Source of the DNA: Candidatus Poseidoniales archaeon
GTDB lineage: Archaea; Thermoplasmatota; Poseidoniia; Poseidoniales; Poseidoniaceae
DNA: 32,507 bases
Assembly: GCA_003602665.1 (NCBI GenBank)
Contig: QQSG01000058.1
Span: 1 to 32,507 of the forward strand
Direction of reading: 5' to 3'
Under the pieces are notes generated by a model. The model did not search any database, had not been told where the DNA came from, and was given only the letters and a program-made list of their open reading frames with translations. How positions within the stretch are numbered: the stretch's first letter is position 1; each line of letters begins with the position of its first letter. Shown one piece after another: positions 26,701 through 32,507 of this stretch. The translations under genes were made by a program, and so were the position numbers.

Positions 26701-29506
26701 CACACAAATTAGCAAGTCCGTCTCGATCAGCATCCCACCCTGCATCTTCTGCTCGAGTAGGGTCAAGAGACCAGTTATTACCGCCATTGAACGAATTTCC
26801 AATCCATCTACGATGCTCAATCTCCCATCCATCCGGCATACCATCACCATCTGTATCGATTACAGTAGGGTCTGTTCCTACATCGAGTGCATTCGTTGTT
26901 GTGTAGAGCGTTCTTGCTTGTTCTCCTAGTGTTTCATCACAAAGATAAATCAATTGAGGATTGTAGTAACAGTCGAAATTAGTTTCCTCTAAGAAATATC
27001 CGAAATATTCAGAACCATCCGAAAGACCGTCTAGATCAGAATCGCTTTGATTCGGAAGGGTCGAATTGTAACCCTCATCTGTACGGGCAATAAAGCGATA
27101 TTCTTCCAAATTGCTCCACAATCTGTCAAGGGATCCATCCTGATTCAAATCAAGACCGTCAACATCTCCATCCAACAAGGCATCCCAAGGATCGGTTGGG
27201 TCAAGTCCGTAGGCTATTTCCCAACCATCAGGCATCCCATCGCTGTCAGAATCGTTTGCTCCGGGGTCAATCAATTCGAGATTAGCAAACCGTCCGGGGG
27301 CAGCGCCAGCAAGAACGTATGTCTGACCGTTCTTTTCTAGAGTAGCAAGCGAAGCAAGTTCACCCGGTAGTTGAGATTGTGTCTGGAGACCATAAACATC
27401 CAGATGATTTCCTGCAAGAACCCACAATCCGGCAGATGATCCGACTATAATCTCGTCACCTGTAGGTAAAATTGAATGGATATTATTTGACTTTGAGAGT
27501 TCATCGGCATCGCCCCCTGGATGTTCAAGTAATCCACCAAATGTCATGTCATTAATTTCTAAATTCAATCGGTGCAAGCCAGAAGGTGTTCCAATCCAAA
27601 GTACAGTCGGATTGTCTTCATTTGGCCCATCAAGGTAGAGCGCTTGTACTTCAGCAGGGTTTCCACTTGCTCCGAGATTCAATGTTCGCAATTCATCAAT
27701 ACGATTTGAGATTAGAGAAGGATTCGGGTCGAAAAAGAAGCGCCATGATGGCGTAGCTTCGTCTCTGCCAGTCGCAGATTCAAGGGTCATGAGGCCACGT
27801 TCAGTTCCTACGTAGAGTACAAGGCCACCTCCAGGAACACTTCCATGTGTTACTTCTGTAACTGTGACTTCCGATTCAGAAAGTGTTGCTTTGAGATTAA
27901 GGCCCAGTTCAAATGTTTGTGAAATCAACCCACCTGTTGTGACTTCGAATACTGCGCCATCACCATTTGAACCAAGAGCGATAATCTGTTGTGATGATCC
28001 GTCGATCGCAAGCTGTGTTAATGCAAAGAGCGATACGGCTTCACTGGAAGACCAAGAGTCAATCGGCTCCAAGAATCCATCGACTTGGATTGCGGCAACG
28101 TGCATTCCGTGCGAGGTCGCTATTGCAACTGAATGAGGCCCATCATCAGATTCTACGAAGATTGCCTCGTATCCGGTGAACCCTTGAGGGAACCAATAAT
28201 CTTGAGTTGTTTCTAGTTCGTAATCAAGTACTGTCATTCCGTATCGTGTAAGCACATATGCAGTCGAATCTTCGACAAGTATGCTACGGACATCGTGGTG
28301 CATGATTGCCATGCTGCCTTCTACAGCATTGAACGTTAGCGGATAGTTGTAATAAGAAGAATCGTTCGAACCAATCTGAATTTCTTTTAGTCCAGACATG
28401 ACAGTATTACCTTCGTCGTTGTGTATGTAGAACTCTTCCAGATTGGATAACGATTCTCCAAGTGCCAAAGCAGTTTCAGTACGACTTACATCAATTGAAA
28501 CTACACCGTCTCGATTCAAATCCCAACCATCACGATCGATGTCGAGAAGAGCATTTGAACGATTCAATGGGTCCAATCCAAAGTGCACTTCCCATCCATC
28601 AGGCATTCCATCACCGAACGAAGGATAGAGTGGACGAATAGAGAAACCATCCCAACTGTATCGATCTGAATCTTCTAGAAGAGGATCTGTACCAAGCCAC
28701 AAATCTTCGCCAACAACTGACGTGGCATTCGTAGTACAGGCCGGAAGTAAATTTTGGAATGAAGCGTTAACACCGGTATTAATGAACGGCCATTGCGTAA
28801 TCACAGAACCTTGCGGGAGGGTAGCCGAACACCATAGACCATCAAGTTCAGTGGTGAAGTTGCTGGGTGAACCAAATCTATATTCCTCTGGAGAAGTGTA
28901 TTGCTCAGCTACTGAAATGAATCCATCTCTGTTCACGTCAAATCCATCATCATCTGGATCATCAGTCATGTCGCTGTTGTTCAGAGGATCGAAATACGGG
29001 CAAACATATCTGAGTGTTACGACATCGAACCCACCTGCACGAGCACACATAGCGGCTTCAAATCCATCAGGCATGCCATCGCCATCTGTATCCGACAAAC
29101 GTGGGTCGAGATACAATCGATCTCCATTCTCATCCAATAGACCCGTTAGTCCTCTTGAAAAACCCGGGTCATTACAATTTGCCGGATATGGCCAACAGTA
29201 CTCTTCCGTATTGTTTAGCCCGTCTCGATCTGTATCGAAATTAGCATCCGAAGCATCGTCTTTATCCATACCTTCCATCGAAACAAATCGACCATCGATT
29301 GCGCTAAAGTTCACCCATTCCTCGAAAATGTTCTCGTGCACATCAGGGATTCCATCGCCGTCAGTGTCCGTAGTTGGTGGTTTTTCACCTGTTGTGTCAT
29401 CGGGGTGAATATTCGAGACCGGAGAAATCGTAGGAAACTGCGACATGAAGAGAAGCCCTGCGATTACTGCGAGAGTGGAGAGTAAGGTTGTCTGACTTCG
29501 TCGCAA
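23765..29506 (-). CDS. Giant secreted Ca-binding repeat protein (1913 aa): about 25 thrombospondin-type-3-like/EF-hand-like loops flanking a central beta-propeller-like region, with no TM anchor
   Basis: The start is TTG at 29504-29506, with AGGTG 5 nt upstream. The signal peptide is MRRSQTTLLSTLAVIAGLLF. Recurrent motifs include DTDGDGMPDGWE, DSDSDGMPDGWE and DADRDGLANLCEY. Canonical EF-hand loops include DVNRDGFISVAE, DVNKNGVLEPSE and DCNKDGTIDLDE. Residues about 385-745 carry propeller-type strands (VGTERGLMTL, LWIGTPSGLHRL, VGSSAGLWVL). The C-terminus is hydrophilic. Confidence 0.85.
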   Translation of the reverse strand: MRRSQTTLLSTLAVIAGLLFMSQFPTISPVSNIHPDDTTGEKPPTTDTDGDGIPDVHENIFEEWVNFSAIDGRFVSMEGMDKDDASDANFDTDRDGLNNTEEYCWPYPANCNDPGFSRGLTGLLDENGDRLYLDPRLSDTDGDGMPDGFEAAMCARAGGFDVVTLRYVCPYFDPLNNSDMTDDPDDDGFDVNRDGFISVAEQYTSPEEYRFGSPSNFTTELDGLWCSATLPQGSVITQWPFINTGVNASFQNLLPACTTNATSVVGEDLWLGTDPLLEDSDRYSWDGFSIRPLYPSFGDGMPDGWEVHFGLDPLNRSNALLDIDRDGWDLNRDGVVSIDVSRTETALALGESLSNLEEFYIHNDEGNTVMSGLKEIQIGSNDSSYYNYPLTFNAVEGSMAIMHHDVRSILVEDSTAYVLTRYGMTVLDYELETTQDYWFPQGFTGYEAIFVESDDGPHSVAIATSHGMHVAAIQVDGFLEPIDSWSSSEAVSLFALTQLAIDGSSQQIIALGSNGDGAVFEVTTGGLISQTFELGLNLKATLSESEVTVTEVTHGSVPGGGLVLYVGTERGLMTLESATGRDEATPSWRFFFDPNPSLISNRIDELRTLNLGASGNPAEVQALYLDGPNEDNPTVLWIGTPSGLHRLNLEINDMTFGGLLEHPGGDADELSKSNNIHSILPTGDEIIVGSSAGLWVLAGNHLDVYGLQTQSQLPGELASLATLEKNGQTYVLAGAAPGRFANLELIDPGANDSDSDGMPDGWEIAYGLDPTDPWDALLDGDVDGLDLNQDGSLDRLWSNLEEYRFIARTDEGYNSTLPNQSDSDLDGLSDGSEYFGYFLEETNFDCYYNPQLIYLCDETLGEQARTLYTTTNALDVGTDPTVIDTDGDGMPDGWEIEHRRWIGNSFNGGNNWSLDPTRAEDAGWDADRDGLANLCEYEWSLVRLAGLAGDLFEDYGESPESAATWSIPDPNLFDSDGDTLPDGWEADGQCTWSPLRVGVNPMNGSDAFENPDGDGYDVNKNGVLEPSEMFVNYLEYHISTDLFLNNQTLSGMELPSGFHTDLFDNISDFGLPEATFAERASGAILATQIPLEKGACDPFKADSDEDGMPDGWEIWFARWNILDDDWTLNPIQPSDRWLDADDDGMTNWEEYNLIDSALSETNANRSSPQWFVTTLGSAYAFQQWPSASTTQSFGAFISEEQYNISGPTGDPNNVDTDGDGIIDGLELLFTAWNISAMTWTLNPVVAGDGTFDSDNDGLVDLQEFALATSNPENGISAPADAPLMHVDGDVQQPTKKAQRVFQILISKDSRGKRLLDDFNAWQSGEPPNVFISLLLGMTDPTNPDTDDDGMYDGFEYWFTSWDLNENRWGLNPLIETDVNLDSDGDSYDCNKDGTIDLDERFSNLREWESRTWGKYLNRSSVPASVGIVDFGEDAMNAYVEEEGLSLLQARQSLIDDFKAKGPDSVSRMNTINSYNENNFNRTLVGVADPTHPDSDSDGIPDGWEYCYALYGMDNPTTANHWASNPLNPYDVNYDGDSDGWYGRTVFDVPAVQGDWDARTFTPSSQVIQPGIGSLPFTNWMEWDNETRPDLNDSDKDSESYVTIVSNGQVTEHYQDFNLTDGREVFKYGTNPMDNDTDGDMIPDWYEYAKAWNETNDNYSSYLQISVVWIDPATGGACDTSTNSCLPLSLNAGTLQRPDLDFAWFTMDPRDAIDANYDPDQDGNWDCSGAGCSYEPYTNFQEYFGITTESLSSPNAVRLSGLTFEGQVVQEGWQLRSLMLGIGQWDEGVKNYLKMDKSQSNDFRYAYLVDDNDVEFLVQDATNHVIQCAGNLTDSWEIYYTGAPNTAPVRSVGEHELGWYLLDYNNDHVAEGTDPTKWDTDGDWMVDWFEVNDDEQDGSRGESSPIRYDSRQTT
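23840..29368 (-). repeat. Dispersed imperfect coding repeats of about 30 nt (plus-strand consensus about CCATCCATCAGGCATNCCATCNCCATCNGTATC) encoding D-x-D-G-D-G-M-P-D-G-W-E
   Basis: Copies read by eye are at 23840-23875, 25002-25030, 26171-26203, 26555-26587, 26825-26857, 27221-27253, 28592-28618, 29061-29092 and 29333-29368. Further diverged copies lie near 24580, 25450 and 25840. Confidence 0.8.
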
Positions 29507-29670
29507 AAAAACACCTAAGCGGCAAACGCCGCATTATTTGTCCTCGTCTCCACGCTTATAGGAATGATGGAGCGTTGTTCATACACTGAACCGCTTTTAG
29601 AAGCCCAGAATTCAATGGTTTTGACCTGAATCATGCGGTGTATTCAATATCCGTCTGTTGCCCCATCAAC
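29507..29670. promoter_or_regulatory. Divergent intergenic region between the giant-protein operon (-) and the MBL/pilin-like block (+)
   Basis: At about 165 bp this is the largest spacer in the window. A/T-rich TATA-like elements are CTTATA at 29555-29560, ATTATTT at 29533-29539 and CTTTTAG at 29594-29600. A short GC hairpin, GCGGC-aaac-GCCGC, lies at 29519-29532. Promoter positions are not verified. Confidence 0.35.
29512..29516 (-). promoter_or_regulatory. Shine-Dalgarno-like AGGTG upstream of the TTG start of the 1913-aa gene
   Basis: The minus strand reads cttAGGTGtttttTTGcgacga, a 5-nt spacer. This supports the TTG start, which is also the only start that retains the signal peptide. 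Confidence 0.5.
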
Positions 29671-30510
29671 ATGATTGGGATGGGGCTATCGATTACGCAC
29701 CTTGGCACTGGAAGTCGTGGTAACGCCACACTTCTCAGTACCGAATCATCCCATATCCTTGTGGATCAGGGATTCAGCGGCGTGCAGTTAGAAAAACGAT
29801 TGAAGCTTCTCGATGTAAGTCCAACAGATCTGGAAGCAATCGTCATAACTCATCATCATGGAGACCATGGAGGAGGTGCGCTGATAGCGCAAAAACGTTG
29901 GGGCATTCCAATATATGCTAACCATCGGACAACTCAGGAATTGGGTCTTCTTCCTGAATTAACACACCATTTTGAATCTCTAGATGTACTACAATTCTCT
30001 CGAGGGACATCATTGCTGCCAGTACCCGTACCTCATTCAGGAGCAGAAAACGTAGCATTTGTAGCCAGTCACGGAGGGGAAAGAACAGCCATAATCACAG
30101 ACCTTGGTTCATGGACTGACGAACTCGTTGACCATGTTCATGGATGTGAACATATTGCAGTGGAAGCAAACTACGATACGAACAGGTTGATGAATGGCCC
30201 ATATCCCCGTTCTCTGAAAGATCGAATCTCTGGTAGAGGGGGCCACTTGTCCAACAAACAAACAGGACAATTCTTGAAAGAGGTGTGCACAGATAAAACC
30301 AGAAGCATTACTCTAACACATCTTTCTGAAATGAACAATGCACCACATTTAGCAGAGTCAAGTGTTCTTTTTGAAATAGATGAGGTCTTTGAAGGCGACA
30401 TCAATATCTCTACACAAGACGGCCCACACTTTTCGCACTTCATAGGCCGTAGGGACGGAGATGGATTTGCAACAAACGCAATCCAAAGAATAGCCAGGGA
30501 ATTGCTATGA
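29671..30510 (+). CDS. Metallo-beta-lactamase-fold hydrolase (YycJ/PhnP-like)
   Basis: The signature is ITHHHGDHGGG (HxHxDH), with LGTGSRGNATLL near the N-terminus and downstream His/Asp ligands (VPHSGAENV, ITDLG, THLS). The ATG at 29671 or 29680 is more likely than the GTG at 29638. Confidence 0.85.
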   Translation: MIGMGLSITHLGTGSRGNATLLSTESSHILVDQGFSGVQLEKRLKLLDVSPTDLEAIVITHHHGDHGGGALIAQKRWGIPIYANHRTTQELGLLPELTHHFESLDVLQFSRGTSLLPVPVPHSGAENVAFVASHGGERTAIITDLGSWTDELVDHVHGCEHIAVEANYDTNRLMNGPYPRSLKDRISGRGGHLSNKQTGQFLKEVCTDKTRSITLTHLSEMNNAPHLAESSVLFEIDEVFEGDINISTQDGPHFSHFIGRRDGDGFATNAIQRIARELL

Positions 30511-30577
30511 ATCAATAAACAGCAGGTCAATCCCTAAATGCAGGCGAGATGCTCAAGAGACAAGAGGGGGGACGACG

Positions 30578-31618
30578 ATGCAGCGACGAGAGCGAAATAA
30601 AGAGGATGATGGGGTAAGTGAAATCCTCGGCGTCATCATGATGTTGGCAATGGTTGTTAGCATCATGGGTGGTGTTTTCGTATTTCTAAATCCGTATCTT
30701 GTCGCCTTCCAAGACAATACGAATTGGAACAGTGCCAACAACATTGCAGATCGTATTGAAGATCGGCTTGACGTCGTGGGAGATGCTCCAAATGGAACAG
30801 GAACTCGCCAAGCCCTCTCATTACAAGCTTCTTCAATCAATCCAGTACAACTTGTGGAAGAATGGGTTCTTGCAGCGGATTTAACGCCGTATGAAGTGGT
30901 CCAAGTGGAAGAGATCAATAGCAGTTCATTCCATTTTACCTCACTAAATGAATCTGTTACATCAGTTATCGTCACAAATCCTACGAATTCAGTATCGTTC
31001 GCAGTTGAACCGACGTTTGATTCCACGGTAATTGAACATAATTTGACCAGTGAAACATACTTGATAGTAGACATGTACAACGAAGGAGGTGCTCATGTTC
31101 ACCGATGGGCTCGATTTGTGTTATCTGGATTGAGCATTAGCACCAACATCGATGGTGGCCTCAATCAAATTGTTTTGATTAATGATGCACGAATATCAAA
31201 AGATCCGAGCACATCATGGGAAATAGAAAAAGCACCACGTCTACGTCTTGACACCCTTGTCGATGGCACAACAAGACTTTCCCTTGTCCTTACAGATGTT
31301 CAACTCAGCGAATCCCTGGGCAATGGACCAAATGTTGGGTTTAAAGTCGAATCAATGGGACCTATTCAACTCTTTACGGGAGAGGCATACAACTTGAGAG
31401 TCATGGTGAAAAACACATTGCACTCAATCGTGGATCCCCAATATCATGAAATTTGGCTGACCGATTACACACTTAATCGAGCCTCAGGTACACTTGATGA
31501 ATTCATCGGCATCTCACCATATCAAAGGGCAAGTGGAATAGATGGATTTACTGTAGAAACCCAAAACCTTGAACTCTCTTTGGAGATTGATGTTCGTCGG
31601 ATGGTGGTGAACGGATGA
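30578..31618 (+). CDS. Archaeal type IV pilin-like protein (class III signal peptide, Pilin_N/DUF1628-type N-terminus), 346 aa
   Basis: The N-terminus MQRRERNKEDDG|VSEILGVIMMLAMVVSIMGGVFVFL matches the archaeal prepilin pattern: charged leader, G/A cleavage site, then a VSxxIGVIxMxA hydrophobic helix. GAGGGGGG lies about 7 nt upstream of the ATG. The remainder is beta-rich and has NxS/T sequons. Confidence 0.65.
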   Translation: MQRRERNKEDDGVSEILGVIMMLAMVVSIMGGVFVFLNPYLVAFQDNTNWNSANNIADRIEDRLDVVGDAPNGTGTRQALSLQASSINPVQLVEEWVLAADLTPYEVVQVEEINSSSFHFTSLNESVTSVIVTNPTNSVSFAVEPTFDSTVIEHNLTSETYLIVDMYNEGGAHVHRWARFVLSGLSISTNIDGGLNQIVLINDARISKDPSTSWEIEKAPRLRLDTLVDGTTRLSLVLTDVQLSESLGNGPNVGFKVESMGPIQLFTGEAYNLRVMVKNTLHSIVDPQYHEIWLTDYTLNRASGTLDEFIGISPYQRASGIDGFTVETQNLELSLEIDVRRMVVNG

Positions 31619-32507
31619 ATGAACTTCAGCGAAATGAAGAAGCAGTTTCTGCTGCGATTGCAACTGTTCTCTTGTTTGGAGGAGTTCTTTCGATCATCAG
31701 CATCATGATGGTCACAATGATCCCAGTTATCGAAGAACTCGAAGGCAGTGTTGAGCGTCATGATATGGCAGCACAGATGACCCAATTCAATCAGCAAACT
31801 ACAACTTTAGCAGAACAAGGGATGCCAGGTGACGTGGTGACTCAAGAATTCGTGCCGGTGGACGGATCTCTTGAATGGGACGCTATGCGAAGTGGCATGT
31901 GGTATTCATCGACATGGGAGGAAGGCCACTCGTTTCGAATAAGAGATGTGATCGATTTCGATGACGAACTCCAATTACGTCACCCAGAATCTACAACAAG
32001 TTCAGTTTGTTTTTCGGATATGCGACTGGGCCCTGACCGCCCGTTCCACTACACCGCACCATCTTGGGCCAACTCAGTAATACTTACCACCAAACCAGGC
32101 CTTAGTTTCCCTCTCGGCCCGATTACGTTGGATCTACTCCAGAATGGAGTTCTTGCTCAAACTGCGGAATTATTTGTAGACGACATTACACAATGGGATC
32201 TTGATGGTGATAACTACAAGATTGAATCTACACAAGAATTAGAAGTTTATTGGTTGAAAAATGGAAATGGTTCATCTGAAATTCAAGCCAGTGATGCAGG
32301 TGCAAACGGTAAAGGCCGTTCATGGTCCCTTCCTTTGCCACAGGGGATTGTAAACTTGAATATCGTTTCCGACCAACTCATCATGGTAAACGGGAACGGA
32401 CAATTTGGTTCATTCACAGAAGTAGCTGTTCCTTCAGGATTGGTTAATGTTGAGACTTCTTGGTCTAAGTCATTGACCTTAGCAAGCCCTCAAGTGGTCC
32501 ATCTTAC
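31615..32507 (+). CDS. Second archaeal type IV pilin-like protein; the 3' end lies outside the window (more than 297 aa)
   Basis: This ORF is absent from the supplied track because it has no stop in the window. My own translation of frame 1 gives MNELQRNEEA|VSAAIATVLLFGGVLSIISIMMVTMIPVI... and stays open to base 32507. Its ATG overlaps the previous stop (ATGA at 31615-31618), suggesting translational coupling. Confidence 0.6.
   Translation, partial: MNELQRNEEAVSAAIATVLLFGGVLSIISIMMVTMIPVIEELEGSVERHDMAAQMTQFNQQTTTLAEQGMPGDVVTQEFVPVDGSLEWDAMRSGMWYSSTWEEGHSFRIRDVIDFDDELQLRHPESTTSSVCFSDMRLGPDRPFHYTAPSWANSVILTTKPGLSFPLGPITLDLLQNGVLAQTAELFVDDITQWDLDGDNYKIESTQELEVYWLKNGNGSSEIQASDAGANGKGRSWSLPLPQGIVNLNIVSDQLIMVNGNGQFGSFTEVAVPSGLVNVETSWSKSLTLASPQVVHL

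Noticed and set aside
23840-29368. Possibility that the recurring 30-nt motifs form a CRISPR array or a non-coding tandem repeat.
   Set aside because: The spacing is irregular, from hundreds to over a thousand nt. All copies are in one reading frame of a continuous ORF and encode the same Ca-binding peptide. These are coding repeats.
28722-29408. 228-aa plus-strand ORF antisense to the 1913-aa gene. Similar antisense ORFs lie at 25371-25937 (188 aa), 27864-28136 and 27047-27340.
   Set aside because: The products are S/P-rich and low-complexity. They are the expected shadow of the reverse complement of GAT/GGC/GAC-rich repeat codons. They are fully embedded in a much longer ORF that has clear protein motifs, and none has a recognisable motif or RBS.
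29519-29532. Hairpin GCGGC-aaac-GCCGC in the 5' leader region of the giant operon, as a possible riboswitch or attenuator.
   Set aside because: A stem of only 5 bp is too short to claim function. It is noted within the intergenic feature only.
30553-31080. 175-aa minus-strand ORF overlapping the first pilin-like gene, and a 119-aa ORF (30171-30530) antisense to the MBL gene.
   Set aside because: The sense-strand ORFs carry clear family signatures: a class III signal peptide in one and the HxHxDH motif in the other. The antisense products have none.
1-32507. Search for tRNA, rRNA, transposase, integrase, toxin-antitoxin or known defence genes.
   Set aside because: Every spacer is about 165 bp or shorter and I noticed no tRNA-like sequence in them. 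No ORF shows DDE, tyrosine/serine recombinase, Cas, restriction-modification or toxin-antitoxin signatures.

Overview
The window looks like a gene-dense archaeal chromosomal segment. My tally of spacers gives roughly 97% coding, and I count about 23 CDS in five transcription blocks. The archaeal assignment rests on an archaeal/eukaryal-type GluRS, archaeosine synthase ArcS, an S15P/S13e-type ribosomal protein, archaeal RNase HII, and two proteins with archaeal class III (type IV pilin-like) signal peptides. A marine Thermoplasmatota/Poseidoniales-like (MGII) origin is only a guess, based on gene content and the giant Ca-binding surface proteins.

Housekeeping genes present are rnhB, gltX, arcS, rps15 and dnaJ. 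They are interleaved with an unusually large number of secreted or membrane-anchored orphan proteins.

The main feature is a minus-strand operon at 17038-29506. It encodes two giant surface proteins. One is 1913 aa, with about two dozen TSP3-like/EF-hand-like Ca loops around a central beta-propeller and no membrane anchor. The other is 1798 aa, with a C-terminal TM anchor and a Pro/Trp-rich cytoplasmic tail. A tightly coupled 146-aa cytoplasmic orphan and a lipoprotein HEXXH zinc protease follow. An MBL-fold hydrolase and at least two large pilin-like proteins are transcribed divergently from this operon.

Other notable items:
- a pyroglutamyl-peptidase/Nudix (MutT-like) fusion
- an apparently inactivated DHH/RecJ-like protein next to rps15
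- two membrane proteins ending in cytoplasmic zinc ribbons
- convergent genes whose stop codons abut or overlap

I found no rRNA, tRNA, CRISPR array, transposase or integrase. Every spacer is about 165 bp or shorter.
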